From NCBI GenBank assembly GCA_963664235.1, contig OY760933.1:76503-140502 (forward strand): DNA of 64,000 bases, written 5' to 3'. This stretch comes from Acidimicrobiales bacterium. GTDB taxonomy: Bacteria > Actinomycetota > Acidimicrobiia > Acidimicrobiales > CATQHL01. The position numbers and the translations under genes were made by a program. The notes under the pieces were generated by a model, which had not been told where the DNA came from, did not search any database, and saw only the letters and a list, made by a program, of their open reading frames with translations. Positions within the stretch are counted from its first letter, which is position 1. The number at the start of each line of letters is the position of its first letter. Positions 52,782 through 62,765 of the stretch are shown piece by piece.

Positions 52782-53018
52782 TCAGGACTCGATCACGCAG
52801 AGTGCGGCGCCGACTTCGACCTCGTCCTCGACCTCCACGCGCAGCTCGGCCACCGTTCCGGCGACCGGCGACGGCACATCGGCCTCAACCTTGTCGGTCT
52901 CCACGCGCATCAGCACGTCACCGGCGGCCACGCTGTCACCGGGCGCCACGCTCCACTCCAGCACGAGCACCTCATTCGCAGTGTCGCCGAGCTTGGGCAA
53001 CTTCACGATCTGTCGCAT
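52782..53018 (-). CDS. Free-standing lipoyl-attachment domain protein
   Basis: 78 aa with the lipoyl-lysine motif VETDKVEADVPSP. A stop follows directly, so no E2 catalytic domain is attached. Confidence 0.8.
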   Translation of the reverse strand: MRQIVKLPKLGDTANEVLVLEWSVAPGDSVAAGDVLMRVETDKVEADVPSPVAGTVAELRVEVEDEVEVGAALCVIES

Positions 53019-53036
53019 GGTTCGATCCTCCCCTAC

Positions 53037-54020
53037 TCAAGCCAGGATGTTCTCGAACATGCTGGCCACGCCCGGTGCCGCCGCGGCCTTCACCTCTTCG
53101 ATCGCAGCATCCACGTCGCCGCTGATCCTGGCGGCAATCGTGGCTACGTCGGCCTCAGCCAGCAGACCCTCGGCCACGAGGCGAGCGCCGAACGTGTTGA
53201 TGGGGTCCCGCTCGTACCACTCGTCGAGTTCGCCCTCGGGGCGGTACGGAGCGGTGTCGGAGCGGGAGTGCCCCGCGTAGCGGTACGTCTTCATCTCCAG
53301 CAGCGAAGGGCCGTCGCCGGCACGGGCCCTCGCAGCGGCGGCCTCGACGGCGGCATTCACCGCGTCGACATCCTGGCCGTCCACCACCTCACCGGGAATG
53401 CCGTAGGCACCGGCCCGGTCGGCGATGTTCGCGATGGGGGTGGTCGTTGCGATCGGGCTGTACTCCCCGTACTGGTTGTTCTCGCAGATGAAGATCGCCG
53501 GCAGATTCCAGATTGCCGCCAGGTTGATGCCCTCGTGGAAGGCGCCGATATTGGCAGCCCCATCGCCGAACAGGGAAACGGCCACATCGTCGGTACCGCG
53601 AACCTGAGCGGTCAGCGCCGCTCCTGCGGCCACCGGGACGCCTGCGCCCACGATGGCGAACGTCGGCAACAGGCCGATCGAAGTGTCACAGAGATGCATC
53701 GACCCGCCGACACCGCCGATGGAGCCGACCACACGGCCCATGATCTCCCCGCAAACCTGCAGCGGGGTCATGCCCAGCGCCATAGCGTGGCCGTGGCCGC
53801 GATAGGTGCAGCACACCGTGTCGGTCGGGCGCAGCGCCGAGGCCACCCCTACCGCTACCGCCTCCTGGCCCTGGCACGTGTGGGTCGTGCCGTGCACGAG
53901 CCCCTCGGCGAAGAGCCCCCGCACCGCGTCCTCCAGCGTCCTGATCTCCACCATCCGCTCGTAGCGTGCCGAGCGGTCGCTACGAACCGCCTCCCGCCGC
54001 GCCAGTACCTCACTGCTCAT
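53037..54020 (-). CDS. 2-oxoacid/acetoin dehydrogenase-type E1 component, alpha subunit (TPP-binding)
   Basis: It has the TPP motif GDGAANIGAFHEGINLAAIWNLPAIFICENNQY and the E1-alpha N-terminal pattern ...HTCQGQEAVAVG.... Confidence 0.85.
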   Translation of the reverse strand: MSSEVLARREAVRSDRSARYERMVEIRTLEDAVRGLFAEGLVHGTTHTCQGQEAVAVGVASALRPTDTVCCTYRGHGHAMALGMTPLQVCGEIMGRVVGSIGGVGGSMHLCDTSIGLLPTFAIVGAGVPVAAGAALTAQVRGTDDVAVSLFGDGAANIGAFHEGINLAAIWNLPAIFICENNQYGEYSPIATTTPIANIADRAGAYGIPGEVVDGQDVDAVNAAVEAAAARARAGDGPSLLEMKTYRYAGHSRSDTAPYRPEGELDEWYERDPINTFGARLVAEGLLAEADVATIAARISGDVDAAIEEVKAAAAPGVASMFENILA

Positions 54021-54056
54021 GCGATCGCCCTTTCCGTGTGTCGGTGACCGTGCGTC

Positions 54057-55076
54057 CTAGACGAGCGCTCCGTCGCGCTCCCACCAGTGGGGCGGACTCT
54101 CGCCGTTGGCCAGCAGCTCGCCGACCTGCCCCGCCACGTATTCGGCGTTCGGGAGGTAACGCTGCTCGAGCTCCTTGCCGAACGGGACGTGCACATCGGG
54201 CGCCGTGATCCGGATAGGCGGGGCGCTCAGGTCGCCGAACGCCTCGGCGACCACCGTCGAGACGATGTCGGCACCCCAGCCGCCCGAGTAGGGGCACTCC
54301 TCGACGACCGCCAGGCGACCGGTGCGCCGCACCGAATCCAGCACCGTCTCGGTGTCCCAGGGCTGCAGCGTCTGCAGGTCGATGACGTCGGCCGTCCAGC
54401 CGTCGGCGTCGCCGGCCGCCTCCAGGCAGGTCCGCACCGTGGACCCGCAGCCCACCAGCGTGATGTCGTCGCCACTCACGGGCACTGCCGCCTGCCCGAG
54501 GGGAATGATCCCCTCGGCGCCGGTGGTCACGTCGCCACGCACGGCGTAGAGGATGCGGGGCTCGAGAACCGCCACAGGGTTGTCGTCTCGAATGGCGGCC
54601 CTCGTCAGCCCGTAAGCGTTGTGCGGCCCCGAGATCATGACGATCTTCAGACCCGGTGCCCCGACCATCCAGGACTCCATCACCTGGGAGTGCTGGCAAC
54701 CGAACCCCAGGCCGGCACCCACCGAGGCGCGCATCACCATCGGAACCTTGACCACCCCGCCCGACAGGTAGCTGAACTTGGCAGCCTCGGTGACCAGCTG
54801 ATCCAGGGCCACACCCAGGAACTCCACGAACATGATCTCGGTCACGGGGCGCAGGCCGGTGGCCGCAGCCCCCACCGCGGCGCCCATGAAGCCCATCTCG
54901 GCGATCGGCGTGTCGCGAACCCGCAACGGGCCGAACTCCGCCAGCAGGCCATCGGAGGTCTTGAAGGGCCCTTCGGCGACCGCCACGTCCTCGCCGAAGA
55001 CGACGACATCGGGGTTCTCCCGCATCTCATCGGCGATTGCGGCCGCGATGGCCTGGTTCATGCGCATTCGTGCCAC
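54057..55076 (-). CDS. 2-oxoacid/acetoin dehydrogenase-type E1 component, beta subunit
   Basis: GTG 55076 is preceded by GAGGAG. The E1-beta pattern is present (...VVVFGEDVA..., ...VRDTPIAEMGFMGAAVGAA..., ...EIMFVEF...). Confidence 0.85.
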   Translation of the reverse strand: MARMRMNQAIAAAIADEMRENPDVVVFGEDVAVAEGPFKTSDGLLAEFGPLRVRDTPIAEMGFMGAAVGAAATGLRPVTEIMFVEFLGVALDQLVTEAAKFSYLSGGVVKVPMVMRASVGAGLGFGCQHSQVMESWMVGAPGLKIVMISGPHNAYGLTRAAIRDDNPVAVLEPRILYAVRGDVTTGAEGIIPLGQAAVPVSGDDITLVGCGSTVRTCLEAAGDADGWTADVIDLQTLQPWDTETVLDSVRRTGRLAVVEECPYSGGWGADIVSTVVAEAFGDLSAPPIRITAPDVHVPFGKELEQRYLPNAEYVAGQVGELLANGESPPHWWERDGALV

Positions 55077-55241
55077 GGCATGCTCCTCTGTCGCAAGATC
55101 GCTGCGAGGTTACCCGCCCCCGGCGACAAGTCCCCAACCGAATCGATCCGGCGGCGCGGGCAGCGCACCCGCTGCTCACCGCTCCCGGTGAGTCCAGGTT
55201 GATTGCCTGCGGATCCTCCGCTCGGGGGCCCGCGGAGCGCC

Positions 55242-56108
55242 CTAGGAGGCCGTTACCCCCTGCGCCGCGACCTCACGCAGCCAGTCCACGCTGCGGGCCA
55301 CCAGTTCGTCCTCGTTCGAGCCCACCGGCAGCGTGGCCACCTCCACACACGCCAAGCCGTCGAATCCCGCGGCGCGCAACTCGCCCAGCGCGCCATCGAG
55401 GTCCAGATCGCCGTCGCCGAGCGCGCAGCACGGCCACCAACCGCCGGGGATGCCGAAGTCGGCGTTCTCCAGCACGAGATCCTTCACGTGGAGCATCCGC
55501 GTGAACCGAGCGAGCTGCCGGGTCCCCTCGCAGAGGTCCTCGCCGATGCGCACCAGGTTGGCGGTGTCGAGGACCACCCCCAGGTCGTCGCGCCCGACAC
55601 GGTCAACCAACTCGCACAGCGCGTCGAGGGTGAGGTCGCAGTGCGTCTCGATGGCGAGCTCCATGCCCAGGTCGGCAGCTCTCTCGCAGGCCTCGGTCAC
55701 GAGCGGCACGACTCGATCCAGCACCGGCCCCTCGGGTTCGAGGCCCCAGTGCGTGAAGGTCCCCACGACGATGCGCACCAGGCTGCACCCTGCGGCCGCG
55801 GCGACCGGCAGCGCCTTCAGCATCCGCTGGTTGGCGGCAGCCGAGGTTCCCATGCGCAACCCGCCCGGATGGCCCCAGGCAAGCACCAGCTCCAGACCAC
55901 CCTCGGCGGCCTGCGCTGCCAGCCGCTCGGCCAGTGCCGGGTCGTCCATCGGCAGGTAGCAGGTCTCCAGGCTCACCCCGTCGAGGCCCAACTCCCCGGC
56001 CCTCCGCATGAAGTCCTCGTGGCTCCAGCGGATGCCCGGATCCTCCTCCCCCTCGCGCAGCTCGCCGAAGTAGCGGTGGTAGGAGTAGCTGTCCAGACCG
56101 AGACGCAC
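55242..56108 (-). CDS. Sugar phosphate isomerase/epimerase (xylose-isomerase-like TIM barrel)
   Basis: GTG 56108 is preceded by GGAGGGG. It has the AP_endonuc_2-like pattern (...LAIETHCD..., ...MLHVKD...). Confidence 0.7.
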   Translation of the reverse strand: MRLGLDSYSYHRYFGELREGEEDPGIRWSHEDFMRRAGELGLDGVSLETCYLPMDDPALAERLAAQAAEGGLELVLAWGHPGGLRMGTSAAANQRMLKALPVAAAAGCSLVRIVVGTFTHWGLEPEGPVLDRVVPLVTEACERAADLGMELAIETHCDLTLDALCELVDRVGRDDLGVVLDTANLVRIGEDLCEGTRQLARFTRMLHVKDLVLENADFGIPGGWWPCCALGDGDLDLDGALGELRAAGFDGLACVEVATLPVGSNEDELVARSVDWLREVAAQGVTAS

Positions 56109-56141
56109 GGCGCCCCTCCGTCGCGCCGGTCCCCCTGGCCG

Positions 56142-57239
56142 TCAGGTCCCGGTGCCCTCCACCGACGCCGGCGCCCCCATTCGCACGCTCTCATAGGCGG
56201 CGTGCACCACCTCCACCGTCCGCGCCCCCAACTCGCCCGGCGAGCGGTTCGGGACGTCCTTGCCCGCTGTGAGGTCCACGAGCGTGTTGGGCGGACCGTC
56301 GCAGGTGTACAGGCCTGCCGACGGCGGCAAGTCCACCTTGTTGTCGGTGTTGCCGGTGTAGTGCCACAGGAAGTCCCGCTCGAAGTCCAGGATGAGCTGT
56401 CCCTCGCTGCCGTAGATGCGGATCAACAACTGGTGGCGCGGCCAGATCTCGTCAAGGGAGTCGTCGGCGTTCGCCGGACCGGGACAACTGGCACCGCTCA
56501 GCGTTCCCGTGGCACCCGAGACGTAGCGGATCGCGATGGCGTCGTGCAGATCCACGCGGGCGCCCATGTTGTTCATGAAACCGAAGACCTGCGCCGCCCG
56601 GTCCCCTGTAAGCCACATCGCCATCCCCATGGCGTGGCTCAACTGCGCCGGCGCGTACCCGCCGCCGGAGATCTTCGGATCGGTCCAGGTGTCCCAGTCG
56701 GGCATGATGTCCACGGCGGAGCCCTCGTAGGCCCCCGTGGCCCGCAACAACTCGCGAGTGCCCGAGGCCATCTGCACCATCACGTGCTCGACGTCACCAA
56801 TCCCGCCGGCTTCAGCCATGAGGCGTTTCGCCTCGATACCCAGCGGGCCGTAGTTCCAACCGAAGGAGATCAGCAGGTGGCGACCGAGCCGCTGCGCGGT
56901 CTCGTGGATGTCCCAGGCGTCACCCGGGTCGATCGTGACCGGCTTCTCGCACAGCACGTTCGCCCCGGCCTCCATCGCCGCGACGGCGTGCTCGTGATGG
57001 AGGACCGACGGCCCCGCCACGACCACCGCGTCGAGACCCTGCTCAAGGGCCTCCCGGTAGTCCTCGCTGGCATGTGCGAAACCGAAGCGCTCCTGCACGA
57101 ACTGCAGTGCCTCGGCTCCCTTGCGCACCACCGAGACCAGTTCGACGTCGTCTCGCCCCGCCAGCACAGGGATGTGGTTGCTTACCGCCCAGGAGCCGGC
57201 TCCGATGACCCCGACCCGCACCTTGCCCGAACCACCCAT
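56142..57239 (-). CDS. Gfo/Idh/MocA family oxidoreductase
   Basis: Start taken at inner ATG 57239. It has the Rossmann motif VGVIGAGSWA and the EKP motif (LCEKPVT). Confidence 0.8.
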   Translation of the reverse strand: MGGSGKVRVGVIGAGSWAVSNHIPVLAGRDDVELVSVVRKGAEALQFVQERFGFAHASEDYREALEQGLDAVVVAGPSVLHHEHAVAAMEAGANVLCEKPVTIDPGDAWDIHETAQRLGRHLLISFGWNYGPLGIEAKRLMAEAGGIGDVEHVMVQMASGTRELLRATGAYEGSAVDIMPDWDTWTDPKISGGGYAPAQLSHAMGMAMWLTGDRAAQVFGFMNNMGARVDLHDAIAIRYVSGATGTLSGASCPGPANADDSLDEIWPRHQLLIRIYGSEGQLILDFERDFLWHYTGNTDNKVDLPPSAGLYTCDGPPNTLVDLTAGKDVPNRSPGELGARTVEVVHAAYESVRMGAPASVEGTGT

Positions 57240-57394
57240 CAGGGGACCTCCCGTTTCCCTTTCCGGCGACTCGGTGACGCCGGTATCGATACGCGGGGCC
57301 GGGATACCGCCCGATCCCCGGCGGCACAGAGTAGGCGGTGGCCGAACATCCGGGGATAACGTGCCTCCGACGCAGGCAGTCCCGGACGGTACAC

Positions 57395-58165
57395 ATGAGC
57401 ACAGACAGCGCAAACGCTGCGCCGGCGAGCGGCCCGACGGGGCCGGCGTTCGGCGGCTTCGAGGGAAGGGTGGCTGCGGTCACCGGCGCCGGCAGGGGCA
57501 TCGGGCGCGCCGTCGCCGACGCCCTCGTGGCCAAGGGCGCCCACACCGCCTATCTGGACCTCGCAGAGCCCGAACCGCCCCTCCACACCGGTGAGCGCGG
57601 GCTCTTCGTGCACTGCGATGTGACCGACGAGGCCTCCGTCGACACCGCCTTCACCACCGTCGAGGAAACCTGGGGCACGGTGTCGATCCTGGTCAACAAC
57701 GCCGGGATCTTCTGGATCCGGCCGCTGGCCGAGACCAGCCTCGAGGCGTGGAACCAGATGCTGGCGGTCAACACCACCGGGGCGTTCCTCTGCGCGAGGC
57801 GCGTCCTGCCAGCAATGCGAGCCCAGCGGTACGGGCGTCTCGTCGCCCTCGGCTCGAGCGCCGGCAAGACCGGCGGCGCCAAGGAGACTGCGGCCTACGG
57901 CGCCTCGAAGGCCGCAATCATGGCGCTGGCCAAGTCCATCGCCACCGAGTACGCCGCCGACGGCATCACGTCCAACGCGCTGGCGCCCGCGCTGATCAAC
58001 ACCGACATGGTGGCCGGCATCGCCGACCTGGCCGGTCGGATACCCGTGGGGCGTCTCGGCGAGCCGGCCGACATCGCCGCCGCCGTCGTGTTCCTGGCGA
58101 GCGAGGATGCAGGGTTCATCACCGGCGAGGTGATGGACATCAACGGCGGATTCCTCATCGACTGA
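57395..58165 (+). CDS. Short-chain dehydrogenase/reductase (SDR)
   Basis: Start taken at inner ATG 57395. Motifs seen are VTGAGRGIGRAV, NNAG and YGASKAA. Confidence 0.85.
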   Translation: MSTDSANAAPASGPTGPAFGGFEGRVAAVTGAGRGIGRAVADALVAKGAHTAYLDLAEPEPPLHTGERGLFVHCDVTDEASVDTAFTTVEETWGTVSILVNNAGIFWIRPLAETSLEAWNQMLAVNTTGAFLCARRVLPAMRAQRYGRLVALGSSAGKTGGAKETAAYGASKAAIMALAKSIATEYAADGITSNALAPALINTDMVAGIADLAGRIPVGRLGEPADIAAAVVFLASEDAGFITGEVMDINGGFLID

Positions 58166-58233
58166 CCGGGAACCACTCCTCTACGACCGCCGGCCCAAGG
58201 TCGTGGTCCACCGATCAGCATGCACATCACGCG

Positions 58234-59505
58234 CTAGGGACCGAGTGCTGTGAGGGGAACGACGGTGGTGCCGTCGGGACGTTCGTAGCCGTAGCCGGTG
58301 GCCGTGATGATCAGCAGCTTGGACGGCTCGGACGTGCGCGAGGTGTCCACCTTGTGGCGCAGGCGCAGCAGCGACCGGGCGGCTCTCTCGATGCCCTCGT
58401 CCGCGCCGAGCTTCACTTCCGCGGCGACCCAGCGCCCGTCGCGTGCTTCGACAATGGCGTCGACTTCCAGCGCGTCGCTGTCGCGGTAGTGGTAGACCGA
58501 GGCTCCGCCGGCCCCGCCGTAGATGCGCAGGTCCCGCACGACCAGCGACTCGAACAGGAATCCCAGCGCCTCCAGGTCGCCCAGCAGCAGCTGGGGACCG
58601 GCGGCCAGGGCCGCGACGGCCAGTGAGGGGTCCACGAAGTGTCTCTTGGCCGAGCCTTGCAACGTGGCCCTGGACCGCAGGTGCGAGCGCCACGCAGGAG
58701 CGTCCTCCACGATGAACAGTCGCTCCAGGGACCGCAGATACTCGGTGGCCGTGGTGCGGTTGAGGGGCCGGTCACCGGCGGCCTCGGCAGCGAGCCTGGA
58801 GAAGGATGCCGTCGTGGCCACGTTGCGTGCGATGGAGGCGATCAACCTGGCCACCCCGGCCGGGTCGCGCGCCACCCCGTCCACCGCGCTGACGTCGGTC
58901 CGGCAGAGTTCCGAGATGTAGCCGTCCAGGAAGAGTTGCGCGTCGGGCACGGACCGGCCAAGCAGGCGAGGCCAGCCGCCCCGGCAGAGCGCGTCGAGCA
59001 TGTCCCTGAAGTCGGCCTCCGGGCGGCGGGCCGCCACGGGCGCCCCCTCCAGCAGCGCCGCCAGCGACACGTCACCGGTGGACTCCCCTGTCTCGAGCAG
59101 CGACATGGGTCTCATCCGCACCCGGGCGATGCGCCCGGCACCGGAGTGCCGCGTGATGTCGTCCGGCGGGACCGCAGAGCCTGTGAGGATGAACCGCCCG
59201 GTGCGGTGCCCCTCGTCAGCGGCGTGGCGGATCTGGTTCCAGACCTCCGGTGCCAACTGCCACTCGTCGAGGAGACGAGGCTCTCCGCCCTCCAGCACCA
59301 GGCCGGGCACCAACGACACCGACCTGCGGGCGTTGAGGTCTCGATCGAACAGCACCTCACTGCGGGCGAAGCTGCGCCCCGTCCACGTCTTGCCGCACCC
59401 CTTGGGGCCCTCGATGACGACCGCGGGCATCGCGGCGAGCGCCCGTGTCACCGCGCCGTCTGTCACCCGCAGCTTGTAGCCAGCGGGCGTGAGCGTCTCC
59501 GGCAT
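58234..59505 (-). CDS. AAA ATPase with DUF4143-type C-terminal domain (COG1373-like), paralog 2
   Basis: RBS GGGAGG. It has Walker A GPKGCGKT, Walker B LLDEWQ and C-terminal ...LEVDAIV...WVAAEVK.... It aligns over its full length with 38416..39702. Confidence 0.75.
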   Translation of the reverse strand: MPETLTPAGYKLRVTDGAVTRALAAMPAVVIEGPKGCGKTWTGRSFARSEVLFDRDLNARRSVSLVPGLVLEGGEPRLLDEWQLAPEVWNQIRHAADEGHRTGRFILTGSAVPPDDITRHSGAGRIARVRMRPMSLLETGESTGDVSLAALLEGAPVAARRPEADFRDMLDALCRGGWPRLLGRSVPDAQLFLDGYISELCRTDVSAVDGVARDPAGVARLIASIARNVATTASFSRLAAEAAGDRPLNRTTATEYLRSLERLFIVEDAPAWRSHLRSRATLQGSAKRHFVDPSLAVAALAAGPQLLLGDLEALGFLFESLVVRDLRIYGGAGGASVYHYRDSDALEVDAIVEARDGRWVAAEVKLGADEGIERAARSLLRLRHKVDTSRTSEPSKLLIITATGYGYERPDGTTVVPLTALGP

Positions 59506-59794
59506 GTGGCCTCCCGGTCCGCCGTCGGACCTCCGCCGATAAATCCTACAGTATCCGGAGAGAGCAACCTACTACTTATGGAGTTGCCGACCGACAACTA
59601 TCGAAGATACTGGCCTACAGATGCGGCGGCCGCCCCAAGTCCCAATCAGCCCGGCCGGAGAGCGTCCGAACAGATCGCCGTCGCCCGCCGGACGCTCCTA
59701 CCCGGCTACCAGGGCCGAGGAACCTCGATCCGCGTCGATTCCTGAGCGTGCCCTGGCCACGACCGCGTGCGCCTGCTGCTCGACCAGAACCGGC

Positions 59795-60943
59795 TCACCG
59801 GTGGTTCCCGCTGGGCGGCGAGTGGGCGCCGGTAAGGGAGAGCAGGCGCTCCCTTATGGCCGGACCTTCCGCCGCGAGGTCCACGGTGGCAAACCGGATC
59901 CGGTGCCCCTGAATGGTGGCCGCCTCGTCGACGTGACGCCCCACGGACGGATGTAACAGCAGCCCTGAGGCGTGCTGCGACATGGGATCGTCCGAGCGTT
60001 CCTGGGATCGCAAATAGGCGTACATCTGGTATAGGTACCCGCTTCGCAGCTTCTCGTCCCCATGCTGGTTGGGGCTCAGGACGTGAGTGAACTTCGTGTC
60101 GATGACGAGCCGCTGGTGGACCAGCCGCTCTGTTCCGGCGGGCGCTTCCAGGACGATGTCGGTCTGCATGGAGGGGAGGATCTCGGCCATTCCAGGGGTC
60201 GCACCCTCGACCTGCCAGTGGATTCGCCTCCCCGTACCCACCTCCCAGCCGTGAGGAGAGAGGACGGTCTTGTAGAACCCCCCGACGGCGGCCTCGAAGA
60301 GGGTTCGGGCCCGAACGTCGTTGCGATCGGGTGAGGACAGGTGGATCGTTCCCGGGTCCTCCGTCGGCAGCCTCAGCCGGAAGGCGAGTTGGGCCGCCGC
60401 CAGCATCTGCCGGTCCCCCGCGTTGGTTCGACCGGTCGCCTCCGGTGTCGTGGTCCGGTTCCGGTATTGAATCGACGAAGTCTCGCTGCCAACGCCGGCC
60501 CGTTCGAGCGCCGCGGCGCCGCGGCGGCAGCGCCGCACCAATTCCTCGTTGTGGACGGTCCTGGTGAGTTCCCGGAGGGCCACCCTGACGAACCGGTTGC
60601 GTGGCGTGTCGGTGGTCAACTCGTCGAACGTGCATGCGATCCTGCCGCGCTGAAGCAGGCTGCGGCGCTCGGTGCGCAGAAGGTCCATCCGCCCCCGGAC
60701 CCGGGTGAGGTCGGCCTGCCGGCGCTGAAGCTCGGAACTCAGATTGCGGCGCAGGCGACGCTGAACCGCGTGGACCAGGATCTCCGCCACGAGGTCCGGA
60801 ATGTCGTCGGGATTCTCCTCGGCGGCATACCGTCGACTGCCGGGGATCTCACGGAACAGCCGGGAGGCGTACAGCAGCAGCAGCCAGACGTTGCGCACCG
60901 GGATCCTGCCGACGAAGGCACCGTCGCCGGCCGAGTCGCTCAC
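59795..60943 (-). CDS. mcrC: McrC-like restriction endonuclease subunit
   Basis: GTG 60943 forms a GTGA overlap with the mcrB stop. The McrC pattern includes the PD-(D/E)xK-like core ...TDIVLE...LVIDTKF.... The upstream part of ORF 59795..61552 overlaps mcrB out of frame. Confidence 0.7.
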   Translation of the reverse strand: MSDSAGDGAFVGRIPVRNVWLLLLYASRLFREIPGSRRYAAEENPDDIPDLVAEILVHAVQRRLRRNLSSELQRRQADLTRVRGRMDLLRTERRSLLQRGRIACTFDELTTDTPRNRFVRVALRELTRTVHNEELVRRCRRGAAALERAGVGSETSSIQYRNRTTTPEATGRTNAGDRQMLAAAQLAFRLRLPTEDPGTIHLSSPDRNDVRARTLFEAAVGGFYKTVLSPHGWEVGTGRRIHWQVEGATPGMAEILPSMQTDIVLEAPAGTERLVHQRLVIDTKFTHVLSPNQHGDEKLRSGYLYQMYAYLRSQERSDDPMSQHASGLLLHPSVGRHVDEAATIQGHRIRFATVDLAAEGPAIRERLLSLTGAHSPPSGNHR

Positions 60944-62765
60944 GGTGTGAGGCCTAGGAGCAGCTTCTCCCCCGCGGACTCGGCCCTCTTCGGATCGTCG
61001 AACCAATACTCCCCGAGGAGAGGCGTGATCTCGGTCTCCACGACCTGCCTGAACCACTGCTGCGGATCGGGAATCTCCACGCCGGGTGGCGGCGTGACCA
61101 CGCTGTGGCCGACCCGGAAGTGCGCACCGAGGACGGCATCGTCGGCGATGGCAGCGTTCAACTCGTTCAGGCGGCTCTCGATGTCCCGCAGGAACGCCTC
61201 CTCGATCCCGCACTGCTCGCTGACCCATGTCCGCCATGTGTCTCCGAGCGTCGGTTCGAGGTCCACGAACGCGAACCGCCGGCGCAGCGCGAAGTCCACG
61301 AGAGCCAGCGAACGGTCGGCCACGTTCATGGTGCCGATGACGTAGAGGTTCGGCGGGATGTGAACACGCTCGGCGGAGTGCCTGGGGTAGCTCAGAGCGA
61401 TTGCCTCGGTGGGAATGCGCTTGTCGGCCTCGAGCAGGGTGAGCATCTCGCCGAAGATCTGGGCGGGGTTGCCCCTGTTGATCTCCTCGATGACGAGCAC
61501 GTAGGCCTCGCCCGGGTCGCCCGCTGCAGCCTCGACCGCTTCGAGGAAACACCCGTCACTGACGATGTCGTCGACGGAATACGGCGTGCCGTCGTCCGCC
61601 TCGGCCCGCCGTTCACCGTCCGACTCGGTCTGCCTGTCGTCCTCCGCCATTTTGCCCTCAGCGACTCGCTCAGGCGCTACCGGTTCCTCCGGCGGCGCCC
61701 GCTCGGCGGTGAAGGCAGTTGCCGTCAGCTCGGGGATGGAATGAATTCGCGCACTCTCGTCCATCAACACCGCTTCGAGCTTCGCCCCAGGGAGAGATAA
61801 GCCGCGCCATCGAGCCTGCGCTTGTCGACGTCGATTCTCATCTCGCCGGTGATGAACGACGATGAAGGCCCATCCAGCGACGGATAGTGCCAAGACCTCG
61901 CCCAGTAGAGTCCGATGGTCAGCATCGATCCGACAAAAGGTCGGGCAAACGCTGCATCGAAGGAATCCGTGAATCTCTGCCGACTGGTTGAGTCGGCGCT
62001 GTCCGCATACTCGAGTGCATCGGAAAATACCCGCCAAAGGACATCGATGTGATCCGCGGAGCGCTTGTTGGCAAACGGGAAGAACCACGAACGGCGGTTA
62101 TCCAGTACGGGAATCCCCTCGAAAGACTCCGGCAAACGTGCCGTGACGCCGATGGAATCAGCCAGGCTCTTGGCGATTCTCCGGCGATTGTCATTGGTGA
62201 TCCCGCGGTTGAACAGGCCGAAGGTGGTAAAGGGACAGATGTCCTGGAGGGGCCCGGAGGAACCATCGGCAAATCTGTCCTGCACGCTGAGCGGGACTTG
62301 AAGCTTGGACAACTCGTGAATCGCCGAGATCAGAGGCTCACGGTCATCGCGGTAGGCAAGAGGGTGATCGGCGAACGCTGTGTAGAAGGTGGACCAAGCG
62401 AACCGATCAGCATCCTGTGGCCGATCACCGTAACTGGCCACCCAGAATGGACGGTTGCGGAATCCGTCGATGTCCTGGGGCTCGTCCTCGAACGCGAATC
62501 TGAGTAGCTCAGTGCCCCATCGTTTTCCGGACACGACCTTCCACATGGTGCGCATGTTCGTGAAGAAGTACCACTCGCGGGGAGGATCGACCGGCGTCCA
62601 CTCGACCAGGAGGCTGCGCCCCTCCCCGGGGTTGTCTCTGACGGTTCCGGTGGCCTTTACCGCCATCACCGCCACGAAGTGCCCGCGGTTGTCGAACGGC
62701 AGACCGTGCTTCCTCGTGTACGCCGACTTCAGGGCGACCCGGTCGCCGGGCCGAATCGACTTCAC
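60940..62765 (-). pseudogene. mcrB: McrB-like GTPase gene, frameshifted and lacking the Walker A region
   Basis: The N-terminal domain ORF 61764..62765 ends ...AAYLSLGRSSKRC*. The AAA+ part continues in another frame (ORF 60940..62088) with VLVIEEINRGNPAQIFGE, IGTMNVADRS and ALRRRF. No GxxGxGK(T/S) motif occurs anywhere between them. Confidence 0.7.

Noticed and set aside
59612-59633. Possible third copy of the lactonase 3'-end motif (ggcctacagatgcggcggccgc versus ggcctcagatgcggtggacgc) upstream of the second DUF4143 ATPase
   Set aside because: Only about 20 of 23 positions match, with an indel. That is too short to distinguish from chance in GC-rich DNA without a statistical search. I did not use it as evidence.
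61240-61270. A ggttcgag string that resembles a tRNA T-arm
   Set aside because: It lies inside the mcrB coding sequence, and no acceptor, D or anticodon arms can be drawn around it. I found no tRNA in the window.
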